64,000 nucleotides of DNA from Ramazzottius varieornatus (GCA_001949185.1 BDGG01000016.1:1066049-1130048), one strand, 5' to 3'; shown: positions 38,201-54,160, counted from the first letter of the stretch. Notes: a model not told the origin generated them from the letters alone. A program made the numbers and translations.

Positions 38201-40463
38201 TGTTCGCGAGCTTCCAAAAACGGAATCAAGATATGAAAGCTTTTGTTGGCTCAGATGGTGGACACCGAGCGAAGACTCCGGACTACTTTCCAACCTACGG
38301 TGGTAGAGGCAAGTCCGCCAGTCCACCCAGGCGTTCAACCTACGTCCCCAGCTACACACCGTCCACCTACACACCTTCGTCGTACTCCCCATCGTCAACC
38401 TACGAAAGTCCCGCAAGACCGTCAAGAAGAGCTCAAACCGTGGAGCCGTCGTCGGACTATACTCCGTCGAGGCCTCGTGTAAGTCCAGTCAAGAGTGCAG
38501 CTCGAAGCGTTCTCCCTGAGGGATGTTCTTTGAAGTCCTCTTTTCGTCACAGAAAGTTACATACGACGTCGAACCAGTTCCAGACCGCCCAAGAGCCAAA
38601 GCACGCGACGTGTCGCCTCCAACAGAGCGGCCATCTCGTAGTAGTCGGCCCAAAGATGACGATGAAGCACCCCGACCAACTCGTGCTACTCGCTTTGCTC
38701 CGACCGAGGAGGAGCCCAACTTGGAGAAGCGCCGCATACCGTCAGTTAGCGCTGACCAGCCGGTTGACCGAGCTGTTCCGAACATCGACGCGCAGGAACC
38801 AGCTGCGAAAGCACCGAAGCCATCGGTCACGGAAGAACCCGAAGCCGAGGCTGCACCAGAGGCAGAGAAAGCGACACCAGCTGAAGAAGAGGCAGCGCCA
38901 GACGTCCAGCCACAGCCCGAACCGGAAGCTGAACAGCCGGCACAGGAAGAACCGGTAACACTTAGAGCCATACATTTACTTTCGTTTCCGGTGACGTTTG
39001 TCAATATTGAAACGCTCGGTAAGCAAGCTCGGCAAAATCGGTTTGTCCAAGTGGCGCACACTTCCAGCCAACTACACTCAAAACATGCGCCAATTGGATA
39101 AACGGTCCTGACGAGCTCAGTCGCCCAAGTGGCGCACGCTTCCAGTCTCAATCAATGAGAGCGTGCGCCACTCGATACTATTAATCTAATCTGGTCAGTT
39201 CGATTGCCGAGCACGATCGATTTTATGGCATACTTGCTCAACTTTGCTGAAACTCCATTAGGCCAAGGAAGCCACACCGCAAGCCCCACCGCAGGCTACA
39301 CCGCGAGCTTCCGTGTCCAAGACGCCTCAGGAAACTCCCCGCGAGTCAGTGTCACAGACTCCGACCGAGACACCGCGCGCCTCCGTAGCTGAAGAACCCA
39401 AGACGCCCTCCAAGAGGTCTTCGCTAGCTGGTTCGCGCGCCGCATCTGTCAAGGCTTCGGTGGCCGAGACTCCGCGCGAGTCAGTGGCTGAAGAACCATC
39501 TACACCCACCAATGTTGGTAAGAACAAGGACGGCCTCGGCTGGTCCACGCCCAAGTCGCCCAAGCCATCGGTCACTGATCAACGTGAGGAGAAGGAACCT
39601 TCACCGGCTCCCACTGAAGAAGAAGTCTTTGAGGAACAACCAGCAGCCGAGGAAGCGCCGACAGAAGAGGAAGCAGCTCCGGCCGAAGAGGAAGAACCAC
39701 AGGCTGAGCCTGAAGAAGAGGCCGCACCGGAGGAGGAAGCTCCTGCCGAGGAGGAACAGCAACCCGAAGAAGAGGAAGAAGTTCCAGCTCAGAAGAAGGT
39801 GGCCAGACAGACTTCGGAGAACTTTGAGTTTGGTGAGGACACCGAACAACAACAGAATGGAGTGGAGGAGGAGAATATTGAGTCGGTAGAAGTCAATGGG
39901 GATGAGGAACACAGGACGACGGTAACGAAGCGGACTGTTGGTGGAACTACCACCACCACGACAAAGACTACAACGTAAGACTCAGTAATAGTCTCTTGTG
40001 GGCTAAGACCGTATATCGTATCGAACTCAAAGTGAATAAACATAAACTTTAGAATTCTGTCCATTGCGGACTTCTTCTAGGACCACCACAACTTATGAGG
40101 AAGAGGAGGGAGACGAAGTTGTCGAGTACGAGGAAGTTATTGGTACGTAAGAGTACTATGGGAAGTTCGTACTGCTTTTGGCTGTGCTTTTTATGAGTAT
40201 TCTTTCTTGATTTGCAGAAGGAAATGGCCACGACGATCAACCAAGCCAGCTTGAAGTACAGTATTGTTCTATTATATTCTTCGGAAAATAGGAAAGAGGT
40301 AAAAGCATGGTAGCACTTTGTCTCACGGTTGGATGTGTTGCAGTACGGTGACGAAGAGGACCTGAATGTGCAGTCGATGCGGGAAAAATCGGGGTATAGC
40401 CGAGGGGACTCCGTTGACCAGGTAGAAGATGTCGAAGAGAACGAGGAAGAAGAAACACTGTGA
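35232..40463 (+). CDS. Uncharacterised multi-exon, largely disordered protein (Tyr/Arg/Pro-rich N half, Glu/Ala/Pro-rich C half)
   Basis: About 13 GT-AG-bounded exons with coding-like composition. Starts MDPELRYGRAYVPRSNYSY, contains TPRxSV repeats and EEEAAP runs, and ends EENEEEETL* (40461-40463). Could be two genes. Confidence 0.65.
36704..36814. repeat. Palindromic element, full ~110-bp unit (orphan-gene intron)
   Basis: TGGGCAAATGAACTGAACAAGATTGTTATCCC...GGGATAACAATCAGGTTCAGTCTATTTGCCCA. Confidence 0.9.
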
Positions 40464-40959
40464 ACTCCGGGACTCACAGGTTGATCGACTCTATGGTTAT
40501 TAGTTTGTCAGATATTCGGAAAAGCTAGATTTTGTGACGTGAATGCACGTACTGTACCTGTACTTCCCGGTAGAATTTTATTTTCATGGTTCTCTACTAC
40601 GTCCCAATATTCCCGCTCCTAATGCGTGGCTTGTCTGTGCTTTTGACGATTACAGCTTGAATTCAACAACTGCCAATAAATAGAGGTGTATTCACTTGAC
40701 GAAAAACAATAAGCACAAATGTACATGGACGTCGCAAATCTGTCATTCACAATGGCAGCATCTCCAGTAGCACTATACATAATCAGTTTTAAACAAAATC
40801 GATGCAAGCAAAACTCGCGGTTCAGAAAAAAACAAAACAAAGGGTCATATCCGACATGGATCATAACTCTACCATCAGTTTTTCTTTACGTCTGACACCA
40901 ACAAGGATATGCAGTGTCGGTTGCTTTCCGCTGCGGTCAAGGTCTTGTCGCGTTTCTTC

Positions 40960-43036
40960 TTGTTCACGATGGCTCAGATGGTATTCTCGAGCTGGTCCAA
41001 ATCATAAAAATCCGTAACGCTGTAAGATGCGGGGCCATCAGAATATACTTGGCAATAGCGGAAAATTTGGCCGCTGTCCGCGTGATATTTTTCATCATGG
41101 TCATCGATAGCCCAGAGTCCATGAAGGCAGAGACCTGCAGAAAGAAACGTTTGGTACATGAAACCGCAGAAAAATTGCAAAGCGACTCGAGCAACGATGC
41201 AAGAGGGCATGTTAACCAACAAGGAAGTCTCTCAAATCACACCATCCATTGATTGCGCGTTACATCTTGATCGAAGCAAAATAGAGAGCAATCCATCTAG
41301 ACTGCGCCAACTAAATTCGCTGTCAATTCTACACATTTTACACATGATCATGTTATGTACTTGATAAGGCAGAACGGCGGCAATCGCTGGTGTGTAACAA
41401 CTGAAGACGCTGTAGTACATCCGCATTCCATCTGGACACGAATAAGTGCAGACGAGCCATTCAACTGGACAAATGTTTCGAGCTGCGGGGCAGTGGGCAG
41501 AGCAGCCAACATGAGCAGAAGTCCAATGGCAAGCTTCATTCTTGACAAGAAGTTAAAGAGCTTCAGAGGATGGATATAGATTCGAAGGATTTCAGAGCTG
41601 ATGGATCAAGCGTCAAATAAACTGCTGACGTTGGGAGAAGCGGAAGTAAATTAAAGAAAGACGACAAGCTTATCCTAATCATGTACAGTATGCCATGCTG
41701 TTGAGTGGGTAATGAAAGACACTGATCATCACTGCCTGATAGTACAGGGTGTTTCGGGTAAATTGGAACGATTTTGGAAATTAACACGAAATTCGTTGTT
41801 GAGTGAGTAATGCCACGCCTAGTATCATTCAATCGAATGTCTCCTGAACTTGACTGAGTTTGGCGTAAGTTTCTCGAACAAAATTTCAATCGTTTGATTT
41901 GGGGTATTGAAGCAAAACCATGCATTTTACCGGTGGAAATACTGCCCCCCACCCCCACTATAAAATTCGCATCAAACGAGCGAAGTCGTCTTATCGCGAC
42001 GAACAAAATTTGTTGTTGACAGCCAAGTCTCTGAACTGACAGCTAAAAACAATTCGTCATGTCCAGTTCGCTGCTGAACGGAAAACAAAAAATAACGTAT
42101 GAAATGTGCAAACTTTTTGCTTACAAACACGATTTTCGTTCACATTTTCAACAACAAAGTGTCAATCGATTAGAAGTGTCTTATATCCTAATTGGAACTA
42201 ATCTTAAGTTGCATACCATCAGCGGTATCATTTAGAACCTAGCGTACATCGGCACGGTGGCCAAAAGTGCGCCAACTTTCGACTTTAAGCACCCCTCGGC
42301 CTCTCTCAACTTCCGGGTTGTCAAAACTCTTTATTAACAGTTCTGTGACAGAGCGCACAATCCCGAAGGAACTTTGATACAATGATTTCAAGACCCAGGC
42401 CTATCCAGCGGCCAAAGTTGAAAGGAGAGAAAGTATTGCTGATTTTTCAACTGCGCTACAAAATCGTTCCAGCTTATAGGAAACACCCTGTTGGTCTACA
42501 AGCCCCAGTAACATTCGGTTGAGTGAAACTTACTGCCCTATATGTACACTCTACACTATATGGGCAGGAATAATTTATAGAATAATTGCTCAGAAAGTTC
42601 CCTTCGTGCAAAGGTGCGACGTTGGCAAACGACTTGAACATGATTGTTTTCCCACACGCTCAGCCGATAAAAATGGAGATGTGCGCCACTCAAGACAACG
42701 ATTATGTTCGTTTCATTTGCGATGACCCATGATTATTTTCGTTATTTTCACAGCTGAACAGTTTCACGGTTTTGGGGACGTGCAGGCTTCATCTTGCATT
42801 TTCGTACGGGCATTTCCGGTGACACAGGAAAACTACAGTTTAGCAAGTAGTTAATACAAAAATCGACTCACGATGATTGATGCAGATGGAGAATTCCGTT
42901 CACAGGCGTCGCAAGGTCTGCAGCTGCAGTTAGCCGATTCCGTCTTCAGCGTAATTTTCAGAGGTTGCCAAATGACAGCGCCCGCGATAAGCCCAGTTAA
43001 AAGCAAGGAAACGCACGCCCTGATTAGTAAGTTCAT
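40960..43036 (-). CDS. Possible small secreted Cys-rich protein (exon structure uncertain; may be a pseudogene)
   Basis: Signal-peptide-like MNLLIRACVSLLLTGLIAGA followed by CSCRPCDAC. A downstream Cys-rich frame reads NEACHWTSAHVGCSAHCPAARNICPVEWLVCTYSCPDG (~41370-41540). Confidence 0.3.
41745..42490. mobile_element. Decayed non-autonomous Tc1/mariner-like element
   Basis: TA|CAGGGTGTTTC ... GAAACACCCTG|TT terminal inverted repeats with a Tc1/mariner-type terminus. No transposase ORF. Confidence 0.55.
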
Positions 43037-43931
43037 GGTTAAAACGTTGCGAAAGCTGGAATGGTGTAGTCTGACTACTCTGGACAACAACTGCTGTGCG
43101 AATTACATTTGCATTTTCGTACCTATACGAGCATACTAGCCGAGCAAGGTGTTTTCTGCCATTAACTGAACCGCCGTGTCCTTCATGCACAATACTTTGC
43201 AATTGGGCCCAAAGTAGCGTCAGGTTTATTGTGTACTCTGCAACTGTGGGCCGCTGACACGATGCGGACATCCTGGTATGTCACTGGTTTGAACTCTAAA
43301 ATTTGTCACGAAGTATATGGTCGTCCTTTAACCAGAAGCCGGTCTTTGTGGGCCTTCATGACCATGGCCAGTTTGGAATGCGGGTTGGGAGCGGCAAGAC
43401 ATTTTTTGGATACAAGAGCAAAGCTTCAGGTATGGATATCTCAAAATTCAGTATGTCGATAGTTGGTAATGGTGAGTTTCAAATATATGAGACTTCGGCG
43501 AACGATAGCACCCAGGTCATTCCCCAAAGTGGTGCACGGACTTGGTAGTTTTAGCTGGAAGACTGCGTCACCTGACGTGACGATCTTGCACGTTTCATTT
43601 GTGACCTCCCATATCGGCTGAAAGGTCGCTGAGTGAGGATGTCACTTCACGGGAAGTTCACGATGAATAGCGATACAGCCGAAGAAAATGTCAAAAGCTT
43701 TGAGGAATAATAGATGGCGGAGAGACTAATGGAAAGACCGGGAAACCGCTGCATGGAACTCTTATAAAAAGCGCGAAGGAACACATCAAGAAATCGAAGT
43801 TCTTTTCATGGAGCTCGACGAAAGTAAATGAGAGATGTACCGATTACAAAATGAAATCTATGAATAAAGTCTCTGCCAACTTCAACGTGTGGTTTAATTG
43901 GAAGTGCGGTGGTATATAGCGGATCTTCTCT

Positions 43932-46900
43932 TTACCGGCGGTCTTCGTGGGCCTTTTTGACCATGGCCAATTTGGAGTGCGGGTCGGGAGCGGCAAGATT
44001 TTTGTAGGGGGCGTCTTTGGTACCGTGCAGTAACAGGTTCCACTCTTTGATGAAACCGGTGTTCTGGCCAGGAACGTGGAACTTGACTTCTAACCTCCAG
44101 CGACCTCGGGGATTCTCGCCCCAAGTGTGCGTGGTCATAAAGGGCCATTTGGAGAACCCATCGGTGTGGTCGTCATCGTTGGGACGCTGACTCAAAATCA
44201 TCGACCTGCGAAATCATCAACTTAGATGCAGGTTCGTTTCCAAATCTCAATCCGAAACAGTTACGGACGGATCAGATAGTATATTCATCCCGAACAAAAC
44301 TGGGACGGTGGCAAATGAGATTAGCCAGATCGTAATCTCAAGTGGCGCACGCTTCCATTGTAGTTGGCTAGAATAGTGCGCCACCTGGTAACAAATCTTG
44401 TCGAATTTGTAGATCGAGTTGCCAACTGGTTGGCCTTTCATGTAAGATGAACTTACCGTGTCTTCATGGGCGATTCTAAATGCATGACGACCTCGCCGCG
44501 CCGAGTACTGTTCAGCGTAATGACGGCTTGGACATGCTCCAGATAGTTGACTTCGTTCTCGGTTCCTTTGCAAGCATGGGTGTCAATGTACAGCGTCAAG
44601 GACCCATTGGAAGGAATAGCACTGCAATAACGGGTATATTAAATCATAATTCTGTCCTGCAATATCAATGGAATGAAATGCTTAGCTTACAGGGTCTTGT
44701 TGATCTTGCCGCCATCGCAGTGGAATCGTTGCGGGACGGTCTTCCATTCCTTGGCCATGGCCACGATAGCACCGGCATCCAGCACCCCATAGCCAAAGAG
44801 ATGATTGAATTCGAGACCGACACCGTTCATCTGCCATTTGAAGTAGCCCTTTCCGTCGTACAGCGAGTTACGCTTAGATGTGAGGACCGTTAAATGTTGA
44901 ATATCTCTCCATGTCAGATTTCGGCTGCAAGCAAAATAAAATTGGTTGACTACAAGTACAATAACCTAAATCGACTGTCCGGCAAACCACACGCGTACAA
45001 GGTCGTCGTATCAAGTGGCACACTTTCGCATTATTATCGTCTAGGACACTGCGCCACTTAAGACAACAGTAATGTATGTTTCGTTTGACGGCCTCCCGAT
45101 TACTGTTTCGTTGAGAAGTCACGCTATGACGTTATTGAGCTTGAAGGTCATGACCGACACGAATAATCTTTAGACGAGTTATGTCCCAAAATATTTGGCG
45201 TGGCCAGAATAACACGCGCTGACGTCGGCGATCGCACGTACTTGACTTCGATGGCCAGTGCATAAACACCGGCTGCTTCCGGAGCTGCCGCCGACGTTCC
45301 CGAATGCGTTTTGGTGCAACGACCGTACAGGTCGGTAGTGGCAACACCTGTCTTGGGATCGCCACCGCCGTTGCTGAAGGTGGAAGCCAAGGTCGAGGTG
45401 CAGGACTCGTCATAGTGCGCATTCTGACCGTCATTGATGGCCGAGTTGATGGACACGGTCCACATACTGGCAGCATAACCGTCGGCGTTACAGTCGTCAT
45501 CCTCACCACCATCACCGGAAGCCCTGTAACATTACAACAATGCATAGGTTACACTTTGCACTTCTTGTCCCAAACGGAAATTATACTTGAGAGCAAGTGA
45601 CTTGAACCAGATCGTTTCCGCTAGTGGCGCACGCCTTCCGCCATAACAACGAAAACGTGCGCCACTTTAGACAACGAGCTGATTTGGTTATTCAGTTCAT
45701 CCAGCTTCCATCATTTGACTTACCAGACGTAAATATTTCCCAGTCCGTTTCTTCCCTGGAAGATAATTACCATTATGAGATACTCCGGATAGCGTATGTT
45801 ACGGCCGTTGTTCAGGAAGCGGAAAAGAAATCATCATAAAAGGGAAGACTCATCTTGTTTTTTCCGTTCCTTACCTCATTAACGCCCTTAACGATAGCAC
45901 GCATGGTGGCGTTCCTCGGTCCATCCACCGTCTTGCCGTCATCAGTGGGGCCCCAGGAAGCACTGTAAATGTCGATGAGATTGGGCTCATGTCCCATGGA
46001 ATTGGCCTCGATCAAGTCAGTCATGTACGGCTGATCCAACATGCGAATGCCTGTCAAGTTGTAGAAACCACACAGATTATCATTACATATGCCGCAAATT
46101 AATTCCGTCTGTCTTCTCCACCAGCTTTAGTTTCCCTCACCTGCCACTTTCGAGTCGTACGCCACTCCGACACCACAGACGCCATTGTCACGCGCTGCTG
46201 CCACTTCACCGGCACAACGTGTTCCATGACTGTGTGAAGAAAAACATGATAAGTAAATTTTGCTAAGGTCACAGAGAATGACGCAGCTGCTTCTATGTAA
46301 CGTACCTGTTGAACCAGTCGTCGGTGTAGCGAGGATAGGGGAAAGGGTCGTTGCTGCTGAAATCGTAACTGGCGCGAGCGTTCTGTGGAATAGCAGAGGG
46401 AAAAGGTCAACGTAATCACAAGGTGCGGACTGAAGAAGGAAGCTCTAAGAAGAAGCTCAAGTGATGGGGACTGATACGCATATTCAAAGCCTCAGTGTGG
46501 GTGGGGTACATACGTAATTGAATTTGAGATCGGGGTGCAGATAGTCGATACCTAGAACACAGCATACCCCATGATCAAGCTCGTTAATCAAGATCGATCC
46601 ATCCAAAATGGAGGGAGCAAGTAGCACTTGCGCAGGAGATAAAAACAGGCCATAAACATTAAGAGAAAGGTCATACCGTCATCCATGATGGCCGTAGTCA
46701 CGTTCTTGCCGGTGGCGCCTTGAGCCCAAGCTGCCTCCACGTTCAGATCGAGCTTCGGCTTGCCACCCATGCTACCATCGTTTTTCTGCCAATAAAGGAT
46801 ATGGAAATCTCAAAACGAGAAACGTTTATATCAATAAAAGCAAAAGGTATACCGGAGGAAATGAACGTACCAAGTACCACTGGAATTTGAAGTAGGGATC

Positions 46901-48548
46901 GGTGGGCTCTTGGGTCTTGTCGAGTGGGACCTGGCCTTTGCTGATCAACGGGCGGTAGCCCCGTTTTGTGCGTTTGTAACCCGGCTGTTGAGCCACCAGC
47001 TTGATCTGGAAAAACTCAAAAGTGTTACGCTCGAAAATGAACGGACTATACGATGGATGGGAAGCCGGCAGACAGACTCGACCAGATCGTATTCTCAAGT
47101 TGCGCACGTTTCCAGTGATGTTGGCTGGAGGGCTGCACCGCTTAATAAAGACGACAGGCGCGACAGAGCCGGTTTTCAAGTGGCGCACGTTTTCATTGTT
47201 ATTAGCTAAAATCGTGCGCCACCTGAAATAGCGATCATGTGCGCTTCGTTTGCAGACCTCCCAGATGGTTAACGTACCTGTGGATCGGTTTTGAGATTTC
47301 TGTGATGAGGAATGCTGCGCTTGCTTCGGGTGGCGGGCAGTCCTTTGTGGATGAAGTGAAATTCCCGTTTGGATCGGAGTAGCTAAACACGGAGAAAAAA
47401 TATTCTTTATCAAGTAACCACCGACTTTCTATTGTGCTTATTCCCCAGTTGGATCATTGGGTGTGTTCGGAGGCTGTTATGGTGTACCGTGTTGCAATAC
47501 TTTAGTTTGACGACGCATTTGCGGCAAGCGGTCAGCACTTTCCTTCCCTCCCTGAAAGCTTAATCAGCCCTGTTTAAGAGTTAATGCGAGGCCCTGTCGC
47601 GCCAACGAGGCGGACCGAGTTGTTCTCGCCTGGTATGCCACCAAGGCCTGAAGATCCGCAAACTTCCAAACGGTAAATAGCCAGCATTAGCAGAGTCTGG
47701 TGACGGAGGCGACCAGGAAAGGATCGATAAATCACAGGAAATCGCACATACGCTCAGCTGGTTCTTTGAAAGCTATAAAGCTGACCTTCGTCATTCGTCC
47801 TTCCTGTAACCTTCAGAAACCCTTTCATATTTAAAAAACAAATGATCTTCGAATGTTTGATATTGCTAAAAGGTGAGATAGAAAGAAAGAAAGTGCGCCA
47901 AAGAGCCTCAACAAGATAATTTTGATCGTTCAAGGTGCCATATGGTGGGTGTCGATCCACGGCTGATCCTGCATGCTTGACACATAAAGGCACATGTTTC
48001 TTCGTGAATGTATAAAGTCCTCGCTGGAACATTTCTGCCAGACCCCCTACGCAATCGAGAAGTGCAAAGTGACATTTTGAATATTCAAATTCCAGAAACG
48101 GGGCCAACGTAAAAAAGTTGGCAGTCGCCTGTCACCAATCAGGAACCTCATGGAATATATTCTGACGAAATGTCAGGTTCATCTATTGGTTGATTGAACA
48201 GGAAACCGAGATCAACGCGTTGTTGTCGAGGAGCGACTGGAGTCTGACAAAACTTGTAGCTTGCACACACGCCCGGTACTTCGGACTGTCAAAGTGCACG
48301 AGTGAAAGGAGGAGAATATTGCGATGACTTACCGGGCCAGCGTTGTCGAAGCCATGGTCGCGAGCGACCTTGTCCGCTTGTTCCCGCGTCACATCATTGT
48401 TAAACTCCACCAGGAAAGAGTTGGTAAATACCTGCGGAGCTCCTTTGGTCACCACCTCCTCGGTCAGGATGACCAGCGCCACCAAACAGCTGGCCAGCAG
48501 TCCCAGCAGATAGTCGTTACCAACGGGCAAGCATCGCTGGATATTCAT
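43932..48548 (-). CDS. PCSK2: Neuroendocrine convertase 2 (prohormone convertase PC2; amon/egl-3 orthologue)
   Basis: Signal peptide, prodomain FTNSFLV, RTKR cleavage site, [15 protein letters not shown]|[33 protein letters not shown] (the PC2-specific oxyanion Asp), SGTSAAAP, and P-domain FNHLFGYG...[15 protein letters not shown]. Confidence 0.97.
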
Positions 48549-49433
48549 GCTATACGCCCTACGATACGGCACTCTCTAAACTATAGTGGTCCCTATGATG
48601 TGAAACTACAAACTATATCTAATAATTAAAAGAAAATTAAACTGGCAACACCGTGAACAAAGCTAAAATATGGTTCAAGATGGCTCTTCTTCGAAGCGAC
48701 GCAGCTGGAGCAATGGAAAATGAAGGAAAACACATTCATCCCTCGGCTGAATGCCTGCCACAGGAAAACGACGGCGCTGATGACGTAGGTAGAAAAGCCC
48801 TCAGGGAAGAGCAAGGCCTTGCTCAACAACATGCATCGAAGCTCGAAAGGATGGTGGATCGACACGGGGAAATCGATAGAACAGCCTCATTGACAGCTTC
48901 CTCTCCCGACTTGCCTTCTCCCTTAACACCCCGCGGGATTTACCGTACAATACGCATGAATGCCTAATGGATGCTTTTATTCTCCCACTAATCGCTCGAG
49001 CTCTTCCGTCCACAGGTTGGCCTCGCAAGAGAAAACAGTGGAGTCAGCAGCGGTCGAAACAGTGCCACGGTATCGCACCCCGTTACGCACACGCTCTACG
49101 TTAGGGAATTTAACGTAGCGTATCGAAGAAGAATAACATGATGCGTGAGTTGAACGGGGTGGAAAATCTTCGTCACTTTAACCGACAAAATAGACCGCTC
49201 TCTCCAACCTTTTTAGAGACAGATTTTCTCCTTCCAAAAACTCACCAGACACTGAAGCACTGATTTGCCCAATACTGCGGAAAAGCATCAAATAAAAAAT
49301 TTAAGAATGATAAAACGCATCAGCTGAAATTATCTATTTGGTAATTATACTTTAAGATACATAGAAAACGGAAAGAAGATTATTGCGAGTTTTTATGACT
49401 TGCCGGGACATCAGATCAGGAGCCAGTAGAAGC

Positions 49434-51354
<1,921 letters not shown>

Positions 51355-51843
51355 CACTTAACCCAACTTAGCCAATTAACAAACGTGATTTAGATACAAC
51401 AGAAAGGTACTACGGCTGATGCTAGTTCGTCATTGCGTGTGTGTGTTGAAGTACTTCAGTTTACCAAAGAAGGGAAAATCTTAGTACACAACTTGGCGCC
51501 AATATCTTCAAACATACGGGTTGCCAAGGTCCTCTCAAGTTGTGCCAACGTTTACTACTGTGAGGTGCTTGTTTCAGCTCATACTCGGCATGCTTCGGAT
51601 ATTTGCCTGTTTCAATTTTCTTCCTTCGGAACCCGCACTGACCCTGTGGGATATCATGTAGAAAATCGCACAGTGTACATACGGTGGCGATCGAGGGGCA
51701 AAAGCGACCTTAGTTCTAATGATTGCACTTCATTTACGCATATATATAACTGTACCAGTAAATTAACATTAACATTAACTTTTTATCCCGTTTCTCTAAC
51801 TTTATGCTGTCAGCTCCATGAAGAATAGTCGAGTTATAATCAG

Positions 51844-52810
51844 GATGTCGGTCGCCCGTGCTGATGTCTCGGAACTAACGTCTGACTTCCATGTCTCGGC
51901 CCCAGAAACTCCGCTTACTATCGAGGTTGGTTAGATGATTCGCCATTTGGCTGGCTTGCCGAGGACTGTGATTACAGAAGATACCAGCTAAAGCTTTCTT
52001 CTACAGCAACCGGAGGATCATTTCGGTTGCGTGTGCCCTTTCGGTTCCTTCCCTCCACTTCTGCGATCGAGACGGTGCTGGTGGACCAACACTAGACTGA
52101 CGAGTACGGAAAGAAAAGATGCCTGCAGAAGGTGAAAACCTTCGAGGAGCTGCGCGGCGTTATTGCTGTCCTGAGCAAAGGTCCGTCGTTCATTATGGTG
52201 ACTTTGTCATCTGACATGTATTGTGTGGCTCGAGACAGCTTAAAGCTTATTGTGGACGAATATAGTTTTCCGTCGACGCTGCGAGGACACTTCGAAAAGC
52301 CAAATGGCCAAACTTTGAAAACAGCGGTGAAGCCTCTGGCTGCGCTGTTCGACTGAACGGAGACAAGCAGAGTTTGAAACTAATCGGCCTTTCGCAGCGA
52401 AATTCGTTCTGCAAGAACTCTCCTGGATGCGGAAATGCAGCCTCTGCAACCTCCAACAAAGGCGAATAAAGAAACGGCTAGAAAGAAGAAACCTGCTGCA
52501 ACCAAAGGTAACTGCAGTTACTGTGGTGTGCTGTCCGAGTTTTCCTGTCGTACAGACGTTGGTTTCTTTCGACCAGATTTCTTCTGTTGGTCATGGAATT
52601 CCTCCTCTTTATTCTACTTAGGAAAACGGGGAGCTCAGTGCGTGGTCTGCCTTGCGGGACCACCCACTATGGCCTTCTTCCCCTGTGGACACCAGCGTAC
52701 TTGTCACGATTGTGCCAAGAGGTTATTCGAGACGTAGAAACCGAAACGTCCCTACGTCGTGCCGTGCTGCCATCAAGCACCTCTTGCATATTTTTGAGCA
52801 AACAACCCAA
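51844..52810 (+). pseudogene. Disrupted RING-finger (C3HC4, MEX3/IAP-type RING) E3 ligase gene
   Basis: CVVC...AFFPCGHQRTCHDCAKRL is followed by an in-frame TAG (52735-52737), RPY in place of CP, and a frameshift into CRAAIKHLLHIF. Upstream frames also contain stops. Confidence 0.65.
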
Positions 52811-53057
52811 AGACTGTACGCCGAAACGGACATTTAGCTTCCCGTGGTTACTTTTGTTTATTGTGATCCTTCATGAAAGCAAAGGATCTGCAGCTGATGC
52901 TGGGACTTCGATTTTTGGGTCTCGCTTTCCATGCTATGAGATACGAGCGCTGTGTACACTTCTGCTTTTCTGAATGCAGTAATGAGTTTCGACCAGTCTT
53001 TACCAAAATTTTACAACCATCGATTAGGTTGGGGAACCATTGCCGACAAGAAAGATA

Positions 53058-53811
53058 CAGGGCGTTCGCACCAACTTGCTACCAACTGTTACTTCCACCA
53101 GGAAAAAATCACATTGCTTCTTTTCCGCCTGTTCTTCCCACTATCTTAGCCTATCTACACAACGTTCCAAGTTGCTTTGGTTGAACTATGAGACGTTTTG
53201 TGATATTGAACAGCAGCTTGAAAAAAGTTGAGTAGTGTGACTTCCGGTGGGGAAGACCCGTCGTAACGACTAAACTGTTGTCCACAGGACGCCATTTTAG
53301 AGTTTCGATCCAACATCTGCTATCAACAAGCCAACAAATGAACAACTGTCTTAGTCGTACGTGAAAATTGGAATATCCACGGGACATCAAGATGACTCAG
53401 CGAATGAATTTTAAACAGCAAATTCGACCATTTTGCCGGGAAACCTTGCTCTATGAAAACAATTCCCGATTCTGACCTGATCGGCAGATTCATGGTTTCG
53501 ACCACTTTTCGAGTAACCAAGCTCATTGTCTAATTGTTCTAAAGCGCAGTGCCGCATGCGTTGAACAAAAAACCGAAAAACTAATCTCTGGTAACGACCA
53601 CAAAAACTGCGAAAGTTGAGACTTTTGGCTTCTCTCCTTCTCAAGCGTAATGTCGGTTACGAGTCTTCCGGACAAGATTTCTGGTCGGTAATTTTTTGCG
53701 AGGCTGAAAACAGGAAGTCAGACCACGAAAAACTAGTTCGAAAGTTGAGTATAGATTCAGTCGAAAAATCCATGATTTCATGGGTGGTAGCAAGTTGGTG
53801 CGAGCGCCCTG
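53058..53811. mobile_element. Non-autonomous Tc1/mariner-like element
   Basis: TA|CAGGGCGTTCGCACCAACTTGCTACC ... GGTAGCAAGTTGGTGCGAGCGCCCTG|TA: a 26-bp TIR with one mismatch and a TA target duplication. Confidence 0.85.
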
Positions 53812-54160
53812 TATTTCGAACAAATACTTCGAAAATGTCTAAGGTATGGTGCGCTGAGAACGAAGCATTTACACTAGGCGGATAAACGGGTTGATCCGGT
53901 GAATCTTACGAGCGATTGATTTTCACTCCTGGGTGAAGCCTGCGTTAGTGTATTTACATTTTTATCGGAAGCGTAGTGGTGTGGCTGGGTTGAGCATGTG
54001 CAGCCTTTTCTTTTTCAGTTTTCAGTATTCTCTCCTCAGGATTTTCCGGAAAAATTTCGAACCGTCTTGCCGTGTTAGCTACAGGAAATCAGATATATCT
54101 GGGGATTAGGGCGAAGTCCGAGAAGTATTTGAGGAACGGAATTTGATTACTGGCTGCCAG

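Noticed and set aside
41090-41135. LHGLW as an RNase T2 active-site motif
   Set aside because: It lacks the following Pro, I found no second (HEW.KHG) motif, and the exon frame is uncertain.
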